From assembly GCA_951406725.2 (NCBI GenBank), contig OX597818.1, forward strand, positions 116,312,001-116,376,000: a stretch of 64,000 bases of DNA. Direction: 5' to 3'. Source of the stretch: Octopus vulgaris. Taxonomy: Eukaryota. Below the pieces are notes generated by a model. That model was not told where the DNA came from. It was given only the letters and a program-made list of their open reading frames with translations, and did not search any database. Position 1 is the stretch's first letter, and every line of letters starts with the position of its first letter. The translations under genes and the position numbers were made by a program. Positions 24,846 through 37,752 of this stretch are shown here, in pieces.

Positions 24846-26642
24846 AACATACACACACACACACACACGCACACAAACACACACACACATGTAAGGAATC
24901 CTGTCAATGGTCTCCTCCTTGTGTATAAAAATGTTTTATACACTCATATTTTAAAATACGCACACACGCTCACACATATATGTATATACACACACACACA
25001 CACACATATATATATGCACACACACATCATGCACGCACGCATTAATATAATTTCTTTATTTATTTAATTTCTTTATTATACACATACACATATTTATGGA
25101 TATGTTTATGTGTGCGCATGCACAAACACAAACGCGCGCACACATGTATATATGACAAGATAACAGACAATATCCGTCTCAGAAATTAAGTGATAAGTCA
25201 TTCATTGGTCGTCTGGAGGGTATAGTATATGATACTTTCCCGAGATATCACACAAGGGAACGGAACCCGTAACCAGATTGCTGAGAGGCGAACAAAACTA
25301 TAATTCCTGCTCTTAATACATACATACATACATACATACTTACATACGTGTATGTGTTTACATGTGAGAGTGTCTGTGCGTGTTCATCTATGTGGTGAGG
25401 AGCTGTGTGCGCATGCGCATATGTTGTTATATAATGGACACTGATTCATAGGAAATAGACAGAAAATAGACAGGAAAGAGAAAGAGATTTAGGCGAAAGA
25501 AGAAATGAGAGAGGAAGAGAAAGAGTGAGGGTAAGAGAGAGAAAGAGAGAGGCAGTAATAGAGAGAGGATGAGAGAGACACTAAGAGAGAGAGAGATAGA
25601 AAGGATAGGCACTAGAATGTGAGGGGGAACACACACGTTTACGCTCTGTCATACGTACATGGACATATAGCAATAAGGGTCACAAAAGAATATTAGTTTA
25701 CGGCAAGTTTATAACTGAACAGTAATATCTCATTTCACCCAACCAATCGAGAATATTGGTTAATTCTGTGTTTATTAAATAGCAATCATCAGAGGTTTAT
25801 TGAACCGTTTCCAATCAATTGTATTGGAAACAATTCCTTCTTAATATCGTTTCCAGAAATCAGCTGCATATCTATCTATCTGCACATTTTGTCTCACTTC
25901 ATTTAATTTTCCTTATAATCGTACATCATATCGTGGTATTAAATTTCCGTAAGTATTAACGTAATCTATTCTGATAAGGATCTATTCGCTCGGAGAAACA
26001 ATACTTGTGACATTGGGTGTTGTTCATATCGCTCAAAGAATGATCTTACTTGCTACCGAAATAACGGGGATTAATTTCAAAATTGTCTCTTTTATAGAAA
26101 GTCTATATCGATTTAGTTCATTCACTGTACTAATTATTTATCAATCCATAATGTTTCCTCGTCCAGTGAATAATATTTTTGGATTTTCGTTGTATTTAGC
26201 TGGAAAGAAGCATATACGATATACTTCTTCTACACGTCGCATAATTTTGCTTTGCTTCAACAATGGCTCAATGTTTGAGACCCTGTGTGGTCAACTTAAT
26301 TTGCTTGAAATGACAGATAAATTACACTCAAATACCATCATCCCACTTTAAGAGAGGAAATTCTGGATAATTTTGTCTAGGATATGACGATTCCAGATAA
26401 AAAATAGAATGGCCATGCTTTTAATGACTTTGGTCATAGGACTGTCTGGTCTGTGAGAGAATGTCTGGGGTTAAATAACATCTATCATAAAATATGACCC
26501 CCAAGAAAATTAAATCTCCAACACAAAATATGCTCAAATCCTCACAGTAGTAAATCCTTGTAAGATTATGGAAATAATAATTAAATTGAGAATAATAAGA
26601 AAGAAAAAGAGTATTAATACATAGGTATATTAAAATAGTAAA

Positions 26643-26884
26643 TGCACCCTTTTCAAGCCTAGCCAGGCTCATGGGTCCGGTTTCCCAGTTTCTGTGGCAT
26701 AAGTGTTCCCCAGCTGGGCTAGACGCCAGTCCATCGCGGTGTTACTCATTTTTGCCTGCTGAGTGGACTGGAGCAACGTGAAAGGAAGGGCTTTGCTCAA
26801 GAACACAACGCGTCGCCCGGTCCAGGAATCGAAACCACAATCTTACGATTATGATACTGAGACCCTTACCACTTAGACACGCGC
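26643..26884 (-). mobile_element. SINE head B + tail T2
   Basis: Head B body (GTTCTTGAGCAAAG..TTTCACGTTGCTCCAGTCCACTCAGC) joined to GAAACTGGGAAACCGGACCCATGAGCCTGGCTAGGCTTGAAAAGGGTG. Confidence 0.85.
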
Positions 26885-27843
26885 ATACACAGGTATATTA
26901 TAGCTAGTTAAAATTATTATGACTTTAGTCGTATATACCAAACTCAAAAAAATATATTTATTTTTTTAGTAGAACAAGCTCTAAGAATTTAGATTCATCG
27001 CACGTTTAACTTTGTCTCTCATCCTTTCGGTGTCGATAAAATTGACTTCTTTAGCCGGTATAATTAATTGTTCCTCTTGCACAAAATTTCTGGCCTTATG
27101 GCCTATATTAGCCATGATTAACCATACTCTAAATCCTCTTTTAATAATGATTGCTAAAATAAACACAAACACAAGTGTAGGAATTTTATGGGAAGGATAT
27201 ACAGTCCATTACATGAATGCAATACGAGACAATTTATTATTTTTTTAAAAAAAGCAAAGTTAAAAGCTCAAAGGAATTTGAATGCAAAACATAAAGAGAC
27301 ATAATTAAATAGATTAAAAGACATCTTGTTAGTCTTTCTATCGGTTCTGCCATCCACCAGTCTGCTATTTTAAAATAATGGTTCCTAATAATGCCAAAAA
27401 GTTACAACTTTTCCTGTAGCGAACATTAAAATAAATTGGGCGCAATTTATGACTAATATTTTATGATATCGATCCGGGGATGTGTGGTTAAAATCACAAT
27501 TGACGTTGATTTGGATTTCAATTTCAATCTAAAATTGACCTATGTAATTAGCTCGAGTTCTTTTCCTTTCTTTTTTCATGCGAAGCGATTCTTATTCTTT
27601 CAGCACACGCCTTTGCTCCTTTTAGATATTTAAATATACTTTTTGTCTGCCTCCCCAAAAGTAATGATTTAGTTTGTCATTTAGATTAGACTCTTGGTCG
27701 AGTCATTTAATTCCATTTAATGGTTCGTGTGTCACATAGCTAGCTAGAGGCGATGGCCTCTTAGAGCTAATCAACGGCAGCATTCGTCCTATATTTCTGG
27801 ACTGCCATGTTAGCTTGGCAATAACTATTAACATACATATATA

Positions 27844-27893
<50 letters not shown>

Positions 27894-28428
27894 ATATACA
27901 ACACACCATCCTAGGCACGTGCTGTACCCTGTAATCGTATGCCGCACTTCTTCCCGCCTGCACTGGGCAGTTTTAAAATGAGAGTCAATCTGCGCAAGAT
28001 TGAATGATAGAAAGAAAGAGAGGTTGAGTTGACAACACAGTCTCAGCGGATTAAGATGGCCGCCGCGACCAGCAAGCTGAGTTTTACATTAGATTTCTGG
28101 AAGGCTGCGAAACAAGGGCGCCACTTCTTGATTTGCTATCGAGGTCAACTCCCTTAGTCTTTTCCTTTCCCAGGGTACTCACAAGGCAGTAAGGTTCATT
28201 AAGGTAATGGTTTGGAGTTACATCCATAATATGCTAATTAACCCTTAGCCGGGACCTCGACAGGTGCTGCTACTCCGACACAGTGTAGATCTGAGAACGA
28301 TATTGACTAAGTGGTGGTTCCGCTCTCCTCAAATGTTTGAAACTCCTGAGCTTGATCTCCCCCACTACTGGATGCAGTTTAAAGTCACATCCAGGGGAGG
28401 GAGAGAGAGAGAAAAAAAGAGAGAGAGG

Positions 28429-28459
<31 letters not shown>

Positions 28460-29240
28460 TCCATGCTTACCAGGTATGCGACGTACGCGTTTAGTTCAAC
28501 GTAATTTATTCACAGGAAGAGCTTGATAGCACATACATATACATACGTAAGCACCCACATCCATTATCATGTCCAGTGGGTCATTGTTATTTCCCTTGAT
28601 GCTCTCCTGTATACGAAACCTCTTTCTTTCTCCTTCACTTAAGGCCTTCTTAGCTTCCAATCATCTCCCAGTATGACGCCATTCAACTTAAAAAGAGCAT
28701 CTTTTTTTCAGTAACTCAATTTTTGTTCCTTTCTCTTTTAACACTTTTACTCTTGTCTAAATTTCTGAAGAAGATTCAAGGTGGAAACGTCAATGACGCG
28801 TCTAACTCTATACTATTTATCCAATATCAAATTAATATTTCTTCTTTTATTCACTTGCATTTCAGTGTGGTGGTTGTTATTATTAATTTCGTAGCTATGT
28901 AAATATTTATATCTGTATATTGTACAGACAGATATGTATTTACGTATGTACTTACATACATACATAAATGCATACATACATACATACATACATACATACA
29001 TACATACATACATACATACATACAAATAGAAATATATTAACTGCACATCTTCCCTCTGTCTGGTGTTCCTCTGGGTATATACGTATTCACAAATACATAA
29101 TATATTTTATATAATTGTATATATATATATATATATATATATACATTACATAAATATATATTAGTTATATCATATTTATGACTACCTACTACGAGTTTCA
29201 CCGGTATAAAAAAGAATTTATATATATAATATATTATATA

Positions 29241-29287
<47 letters not shown>

Positions 29288-29374
29288 CATTATATGTCTA
29301 GACATCTATATCTGCACACATACATACGCACACGTATATATAATTGTATGTGTGCATGGATATATATAAATATG

Positions 29375-29421
<47 letters not shown>

Positions 29422-30104
29422 ATATGTACATGTATATATATATATATATATATAAATATATATATATATAAATATATATATATATACATATATTTGTATA
29501 TGTATATATATATATGCTTGTGTGTATACACAAACATACATGTACACACACACTCGGGTACATATTAAATGATTTCAGTCAAAATGGACTTTATTCTGAA
29601 AAGAAAAAAAATCAAACACAAAGTAAACAAAACAAGATGCAAACAACTGTAAACAAAGTAAATGATAGAGGAAAAACAACAAAACAAAAAAAAAACTCAG
29701 GTATGTTTTGAAATAGTTGCAATCGAAATTGCTTCTTTTCACTGTGAATAAACAAATCGATAGGTATGGAAGTAAATAACGAAATATGTAACGCTGGAAG
29801 GTAAATCTTTTTCATTAAAATTTTCTTTGTTATTATTTGCCAATCAAATTCTTTTGCCCTTCCATAGTAAAAACTCCGATTCTGAGACTTAGTAATGTTT
29901 GTTATTGAAAAAAGAAAAAGAAAAAGAAAAGAAAAAAAGACCCAACAACAGGAAATCTGTTATGGGAAATTATTTTGTGATTCTATCACAGAATATAAAG
30001 TGACTGCCATGACGGTTCTCAATTAATTTTGTCCTTGCAGCAGAGGCCATCCCGGCTTTTTTTGTCTGGAGAGAACTAAGTTCGCAGCTGGGTAGGACGA
30101 ATGT

Positions 30105-30478
30105 GTGAGAGAGAGAGAGAGAGAGAAAGAGAAAAGGGGAGAGGGAGAGAGAGAAACAGAGACATATAGGTAGAGAGATATAGACAGAGAGAAAGAGAGA
30201 GAGAGATGATTGAGAGACAGAAAGAATGAGGGGTAGAGTTGAAACACGAAAAATGGTTAGAAAAGCGAGGGGAAGAGGAGACATAGGAGGGGTGAAGAAA
30301 GCGAGAGAGAGAGGAAAGTTTTGGGGAGGGAGAGGGAGAGTTGGAGTGAGAGTTGGGGAAGGGAGAGATACAACCAGAGAACGAGGGAAAGACAGAGAAA
30401 GGAAGGTAAGAGAGTGAGATACGATGGTGAGGGAGGGAGAGAGAGAGAGAGACGATGAGGGAGGCAAAGAGAGAGAAA
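30105..30478. repeat. Purine-rich (GA)n low-complexity tract
   Basis: Directly visible strand-asymmetric GA tract. Confidence 0.9.
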
Positions 30479-30886
30479 TTGAAATGTGTGTGTAAAAATC
30501 TTTCGGTTCTCTCTGACGTAATTGGTAACTGCTATTACGGCCAACGATCACTTTCACGATTACAGCCAACAATTCTAGTCAACGCACAAGACAGCCATTA
30601 TGCTCCCCACCCACAAAACACCACCACGTGGACTCTGTTAAGACTAGTATGAAACAATTATGAACTTTTTTATTACACTTAACTTTTTAAAATATTTCTG
30701 ATAAGGTTCGTTTTTTCAAGTAGAACCAAAATATGTAAAATCTCAAAGAAAATAAAAAAATTATCTTATTTAGGTGGCGTTTTCAAACTTTATATATATA
30801 TATATATATGCTTGTGTGTATACACAAACATACATGTACACACACACTCGGGTACATATTAAATGATTTCAGTCAAAATGGACTTT

Positions 30887-31166
30887 ATTGATAAAATATA
30901 TAAATATATGTGACGAAAACCGGTTGAATAAATATATATTTATATATTTTATCAATTTCTCATTTCATTAAAATTTTCTTTCATTTGAGCATTCTGCATG
31001 TTTACAATTTTTCCTTGCTATATATATATATATAGCAAGGAAAAATTGTAAACATGCAGAATGCTCAAATGAAAGAAAATTTTAATGAAATGAGAAATTG
31101 ATAATATATATAAATATATATTTATTCAACCGGTTTTCGTCACATATATTTATATATTTTATCAAT
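30887..31166. repeat. Near-perfect 280-bp palindrome centred on (TA)8
   Basis: Arms are reverse-complementary with about 1 mismatch by eye; centre 31019-31034; a third partial copy follows at about 31145-31228. Confidence 0.92.
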
Positions 31167-31280
31167 TTCTCATTTCATTAAAATTTACTTTCATTTGAGC
31201 ATTCTGCATTTTTACAATTTTTCCTTGCTTATCATTTCTCCACGTGCGGTCAACACAACCCCGCCATTTATTGATCTATA

Positions 31281-31313
<33 letters not shown>

Positions 31314-31410
31314 TCAGGGTGAATACTTGATAAATGTAAGCACCTGTATATGCCAGCTAGTAGCATAGGTGAAAGGATATATGTATCAAATGAAAGGACA
31401 CAAAGGATGT

Positions 31411-31505
31411 CGCGGTACATATGTTTCGAGCTTTATAGAACAACTTATTCTTACATCAATGCATAATCGACATAACAGATAGTTCAAAAGCCCTCTTCAG
31501 CCGCA
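31411..31505 (-). ncRNA. Type I hammerhead ribozyme motif (complete core, long loop II)
   Basis: Minus strand: UGCGG CUGAAGA GGGCUUU-[about 50 nt]-AAAGCUC GAAA CAUAUG UA CCGCG; cleavage triplet GUA. Confidence 0.85.
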
Positions 31506-32879
31506 TGCAATTGCTACACCAAAGACTTGTATCACATTATGAAAGGTTTGAGAAAAAACATTTGGTATTGTTTATAATGGTAGGTAAACCGAGTATCACT
31601 GGGAAAGCATGTTTGTAAATCTTCATAATCAAATAAGCGTACATGACATTATTAGACTTCAAAAACTCGTTCATACCGTTTTCTCACTCAATATAGAGTC
31701 GGCTGAAGCTATAGTAGAAAATACTTCCACAAGGCGTCACGCCGTGGAACTGAACCCCAAACCATTTGGTTGGGAAGCAAAATTCTTACAGCACAGCGAT
31801 TCAGAAATTGAATAAGTAGTGAACATAATTAATATGTTTGAAATTCCTTTGACTGAAACACATGCTTTGTCAAAAAATGTTTATGTCGGTTTGATATAAG
31901 ATCCCTCTGAGTAGCAATCTTGTTGTTGATCAGTTCTTTCCCGCAAATCAAAATCGATGGAACATGAAAGAACCATCAGTTTTCATATACTCAGTCTCTT
32001 CTTCATTGAGAAAAATAAAAAAAAAGGCTTTTAATTATATTTCATGAGCCAGCTCAATTCCTTTTTCAAATCGTTGTTAAAACTCAAATTAAAAATTCAC
32101 GAACGGTAATAATTAGATTTATTTTTCCCTGAGAAGTTTTACATATCGATATCATAACAGAAATGTTATAAAACACTATCAGAAATAAGGATTTATGATA
32201 AGATGAAAGGAAAAAAAAGGAGACAAAATCGAAGTCAGAACAGCGAAAAACATGTAGATTCAACCAAAAAAGATGGTAAAAATCCTATCTATATTTTGAC
32301 TCGGCAAGTTTTCGTACGATAAATTTTATTTATGCAAATAAAGAAGTTTTGATGTTATATTATGTTTTTTCTTTCAAAGAGTCTTTGAATAAAAGACCAT
32401 CCGATAAGCTCGATAACGGCTTATTGGCTTATATATATATATATGCATACATACATTCAGACATATACATGCATAAATACACACAGAAATATCTATATAC
32501 ATAAGGCACGCATACATACATACAAACACACGCAGAGAAATGCAGACAGACACAAATACACACACACACACAATGACACATAATTGGTTGAAATTATTGA
32601 AATTATTGTCACGATAAGCCCAAACACACCGTACAAATGCACACAAACGAACCACATGAACTCTACGCGTGCGCAGAAACAGACTCATACGCACTCACAC
32701 ACACACACGTAACACACACAATCACATACACACATATAATTTCAGAATATCGCCCATTTTATGATTTCTATTTTATGTAATAACTTCGTTCGTAATACTT
32801 AAATCTCTCTTTCTCTTTCTCTCTCTCTCTTTCTCTCTCACTCTGCCTCTCACTCATTCAATGTGTATATACATATATA

Positions 32880-33026
32880 GGCATAAGAGTGGCTGGATGG
32901 TAAGGCGCTTGCTTCCTCACCATATACATCCGGATTCAGTCCCAGTGCACGGCATCTTAGGCAAGTGTTTTCTACTCTAGCCTTGTAAGTGGATTTGGTA
33001 GACGGAAACTGGAAGAAGCCCGTCGA
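32880..33026 (+). mobile_element. SINE family C 5' half
   Basis: GAGTGGCTGGATGGTAAG...GGATTTGGTAGACGGAAACTG. Confidence 0.8.
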
Positions 33027-33100
33027 ATATATATATATATATATATTTATTTTATATTTTTATTTTTATCTAGTTTCAGCTCACAAGCTGTGGCCATATA

Positions 33101-33467
33101 TACTCTTTTACTTGTTTCAGTCATTTGACTATGACCATGCTGGAGCACCGCCTTTAGTCGAGCAAATCGACCCCAGGACTTATTCTTTGTAAGCCTAGTA
33201 CTTAATCTATCGGTCTCTTTTGCCGAATTGCTAAGTTACCGGGACGTAAATACACCAGCATAGGTTGTCAAGCGATGCTGGGTGGGTGGCGGTGGGGGGA
33301 AGCAAACACAGACACAAACTTATACACACACATATACATATACATATATAAGACGGGCGTCTTTCAGTTTCCGTCTACCAAATCCACTCACAAGTGTTTG
33401 GGTTAGGGACTGAACCCGAAACCATGTGGTTCGTAAGCAACTTACTTACCACAGAGACACTCTTACG

Positions 33468-33468
<1 letters not shown>
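33101..33468 (-). mobile_element. SINE family C with internal deletion
   Basis: Reverse complement of 13855-14292. Confidence 0.85.
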
Positions 33469-33530
<62 letters not shown>

Positions 33531-33535
<5 letters not shown>

Positions 33536-33763
33536 AAAGTCTCTCTGCAGTGAATTCTTTTTCATCCTGACTCTTCAAGAGTCAGACTTTCCATGATGTA
33601 TTTCAAAACATGTATTGAAAATGAAGGACGACGCTTTTAACACCTCTTATAAAGTTTTTTAAAGTCTTGTAAAGTCTAATATAACCTTTTGTAGTCTTAT
33701 ACCATCTTATAAATATTCATTTTGCAATAAGATACTTACTACGGAGCGACTTTTTGAAAACCG
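33531..33763. mobile_element. Tc1/mariner-type MITE (second copy)
   Basis: TTCAAAAAGTC / GACTTTTTGAA ends; interior matches 7682-7855. Confidence 0.8.
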
Positions 33764-33781
33764 TATATATATGTATATACT

Positions 33782-33809
<28 letters not shown>

Positions 33810-33821
<12 letters not shown>

Positions 33822-34020
33822 TCTGTGATTGTCCCCTATCACTGCTTGACAACTGGTGTTGGTGTGTTATGTTCCCGTAACTTAGCGGCTCGACCAAATT
33901 GACCGATAGAATAAATGCCAGGCATAAAATCAGGATTGGGGTTGATTCATCCGACTAAAAATTCCTCAAGTGGTGCCCCAGTCTGACCGTAGACTAATGA
34001 CTGCAATAAGTAAAAGGTAA
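33810..34020 (+). mobile_element. SINE family C 3' half (diverged)
   Basis: GCTTGACAACTGGTGTTGGTGTG...GTAACTTAGCGG...GGTGCCCCAG. Confidence 0.75.
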
Positions 34021-34034
34021 AATATATATATTGA

Positions 34035-34437
34035 AGCAGTCAAGGAACCTGGAAGTCTTAGATACCATATATAAATGGGCTGAATGAAACAAAATGCAGT
34101 TTAACGCAGTGAAATTCCAAGCCCCTCTGCTATCAGCAACCTAGTGCGCGCATGCCACAACGACGATACTTTGGATCAAAAGGACCAGTGCCCAGATCAC
34201 AGTATGTGATCTAGGCATTGATGCAAGCAACAACGCCTCGTTTCGGGTACATATCACCAAGATGGTGCCAATGTGCAGACGAATGGCCGGATGGATTCTG
34301 AGAACTTTCAAAAGAAGGAACCAGGAAACTATGCTGGTTCTATGAAGGATATTTATACTCAGCTACCTGGACTACTGCTCTCAAATGTGGTCACCCAACA
34401 GATCTAAATTAAAAGCTGAACTTAAGGCAGTCCGACA
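34035..34437 (+). mobile_element. CR1-like LINE internal fragment
   Basis: LDTIYKWAE..MQFNAVKFQA and MAGWILRTFKRRNQETMLVL..LDYCSQMWSPN; paralogous to 6120-6510. Confidence 0.85.
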
Positions 34438-34535
34438 AACAAACAACTAAGTAAATAAATAAGAGCTTTCTTATTCAGCAGAGATTTCGAATGAATTTTA
34501 AACATACACGCATGCTGACATACATATATACATGC

Positions 34536-34582
<47 letters not shown>

Positions 34583-34704
34583 TACATACATACAAAATAC
34601 ATACATACAAAATACATGCATACATACATACATACATACATACATACATACATACATACATACATACATACACATATACATACATACATACATACATACA
34701 AACA

Positions 34705-34822
34705 AACAAAAAGTACCCTGTTGTTGATGTTGAAATTCCAATGAAGGAGCCTTGGATCTAGGTTAGAAATCGGCTCTTTCTTTATTGGCAAGAAATCTTG
34801 AAGTAGAACTGAATAATAACAT
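34705..34822 (+). mobile_element. Short complex cassette inside a (CATA)n array, probable 3' end of a microsatellite-targeting retroelement
   Basis: About 115 bp of non-repetitive sequence flanked on both sides by (CATA)n; ends AACTGAATAATAACAT. Confidence 0.5.
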
Positions 34823-34989
34823 GCATACATACATACATGCATATATATATATATATATATATATACATACATTAATATATACATACATACTTATATGCTA
34901 TATATAAACATACATACACGCATACATACTGCATACACGTATACATGCACATATGTACACATGCATACATGCATATATAGACAGAGAAA

Positions 34990-35425
34990 ACCTGCTCTGG
35001 GATAAATATACAAAAGATTCATGTTGTTGAATACGTGTACTCGTCAGAACACAAAGGATATTTGCATTATTGTCAAAACATCCGCTTGGGTCTAACATAA
35101 CAAACCTGATATCGTTGTTTGGGAATAAGAAGATAAATTGTGTTGAGTGACAGAGGTCAGGTGAACGGCAGACGTGAGCGTTTCTTTCGAAATTATGGAG
35201 AAATGGAATAATTATGGAATGGTGCTTTGAAAATTGCCGCGTCTCTACTCAGATTAAAAATTCACATTTATCCCAATAATTATTGGTTTATAATCTAAGA
35301 GAGCGGGGCTTTTCAGACAAAAGATGTGACCCTTTATCACGCAATTTGCACAAGTAGATTTGCGAATATAAGGAGTGAGCGGAATATTTTGAACATGCAA
35401 GATTTTTCTGCAGTTCAACAGTTAA
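34990..35425 (+). mobile_element. Decayed RLE endonuclease region of an R4/Dong-like element
   Basis: HNKPDIVVWE*EDKLC*VTEV...EKWNNYG...LYSD*KFTFIPIIIG (PD-(D/E)xK-type motif); many stops. Confidence 0.7.
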
Positions 35426-35547
35426 TCCTTCATCGCTGCTATTATTACAATTTTCAGTGCAGGAAAAGATTGGCTTGTAGTATGAATACATGCCCGAATA
35501 TTAATGTGCAAATATATATACATATATATATAAATATGTATATATAA

Positions 35548-35606
<59 letters not shown>

Positions 35607-35662
35607 CACATATTTATATATATATGTATCAATATATATATATACATATATATACGGACTGA

Positions 35663-35695
<33 letters not shown>

Positions 35696-35842
35696 GTGTG
35701 TGTGTGTGTGTGTCTCTGTATGTGTGTACAAATGGGTTTGTATGATTGTGTATAGAAGAATATGTTACTCAAAGGAGTTCCAACTCTGTTTTTCACGTTT
35801 TATTTATGATCTTATAATATTAATATAAAAAACGATCAACGT

Positions 35843-35898
35843 CACCCTTTTCAAGCCTAGCCAGGCTCATGGGCCCGGTTTCCCGGTTTCTGTGGCGC

Positions 35899-35900
<2 letters not shown>
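35843..35900 (-). mobile_element. Isolated SINE tail T2
   Basis: CCCTTTTCAAGCCTAGCCAGGCTCATGGGCCCGGTTTCCCGG as at 26643 and 55241. Confidence 0.8.
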
Positions 35901-35958
<58 letters not shown>

Positions 35959-35982
35959 AAAAGGAACACATGTGTTAATATG

Positions 35983-36298
35983 TATAAGGAAAATAAGACA
36001 AGGTAGAAAATGCTAAAATAATTTTATCACGAACATTTTAGTACCGGTTTCAGACTTTGCGACTTTTCCAATTTGGAGTAAAGCATGAAAAACAATTAAA
36101 TTGTGGAAAAAGGAAATGGAATGTTCTTCTTATAATATTTTAATTGTATTCAGATACAAGGGCCATTTTCCTTTTTTTCTGAATGTCTCTCTCTCTTTTC
36201 CTCTTGTTGAAAAATTCGCAAAGACTGAAACCCGTACTAAAATGTTCTTCATGATAAACTTCTTTTAGCATTTTCTACCTTGACTTATTTTCCTTATA
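35983..36298. mobile_element. Tail-to-tail inverted repeat between (TA)n tracts with U3-A8-type hammerhead remnants
   Basis: Arms 35983-36071 and 36207-36298. The inner ends read (element sense) TTG(G)AAAA-..TC-GCAA-AG.CT-GAAA-CC(G/C)G-TA-CTAAAATG. Confidence 0.65.
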
Positions 36299-37055
36299 TA
36301 TATATATACATACATATATGTCTAAAAGTTAAGTATACTTAAGAGCAACTTAATACTATTTAAAAGCGAATGAAAGAGTTTTCTTTCCGAAGAGTTTTCT
36401 TCTGTGTTGAGAAATTCAAAGCCAGAAAAAAAACCCACAGAAAACCATTCGTAATATATATGTAAATATGGCGCCTACGCACTCATGAGTATGGAATAAA
36501 GCACATAACTACACACACAGACAACATGCACATACCTGATGATATTAAGATATTCATTCATTACATTCACTGCCGTGTTTGGGTTCAGTAATACTGCAAA
36601 AGCTTTTCATTTCCAATTAAGATCTGCTCTTTTGAACATGTTTATTTGAATCAATGGGAATTCAATAGGCTCTTCATGTGTACATATATATGTATACTTC
36701 TGTCAGTAAGCGTGTACATGTGTAAGCATTCGCGTGTTCGTGTGTTTGCCAGATCGTGCGTCTAATGTATGTGAACGCGTGAGTATTTGAGTGAACAAGC
36801 TTGAATATGCAAACTAAACCAATTATTAACACTCATTCATTCCTTATTGTGCCTTTAATGGATGGTTCCATCAATCGTAATTGATAAACTAATCAGAAAA
36901 TCCGCAATAATTAATTTCATGTTCTTAAATCATATACGATCCCATATTAAGCGTATTCTCGCTAGTGATGTAGTTCAGAGTTGAAAAGAGAACAAGAAAC
37001 AAAAGTTTAACTTAAGTGTTTGTATGTACACACAGGCACACACACAGGCACACAC

Positions 37056-37116
<61 letters not shown>

Positions 37117-37269
37117 CACGCACACACACACACACGTTCGCATACACATTATGTTTACGCTTTATTAATGGGATTTATTAAGGCCCTCTTCGTCTAGTGT
37201 TCAAACCCCAAACGAGATCAACTTTGTATTCCTTTCAACGTCAGCATTGCCCGACTGACTTCACTCTAG

Positions 37270-37752
37270 GTACCAAGCACTCTGCCTCGTTTGATCCATG
37301 ATTGCAGCTTTCTCAAAGTCACAACCTGAAAAGAGAGTCTGAAAAACAGCTGCCACACCTTCTCCCCATCAAAGAAACACTGGAATTGTTGCAGTCTCAG
37401 CGCATGTTTGCATATCATTATTCTTGATACGCCCTGTCCCTAACGCAGCGGACGTTAATAACAAATGCAATGTTTGACTAACGGATCCCTTTCCCGTCAC
37501 AGAAAGTGGAAAAGCAAGTGCTCCATTCTGGCCAGCAATGAAGTAGAGCAAGATAAGACAATCAGATCGTAATAGACTGGGAAAAAATCTAGACATTATC
37601 CACCTTCACTTTAACCTTCAGGGTTACTTTCTCTCAGCCCATTTCTTGGTGAGCTTTGCCAATATGCTCGTCATATTGCTCCAGTTACCACCTAAACAGA
37701 GTTTGGAGCAAACTAGACCCCAAGCAAATTACCGGTTCATCTATCCAGCGCC
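37270..37752 (-). mobile_element. Decayed L1/Tx1-clade ORF2 fragment (post-RT region)
   Basis: Minus strand with frameshifts: RWIDEPV.LGV.F.P...NWS...KWAERK..., MEHLLFHFL..PLVK..IC..PL..G.G...HALRL. Confidence 0.6.

Noticed and set aside
28759-28796. CTGAAGA...GAAACGTC minimal hammerhead-like string
   Set aside because: Stem II does not pair and stem I is only 2 bp; cannot be supported without a family consensus
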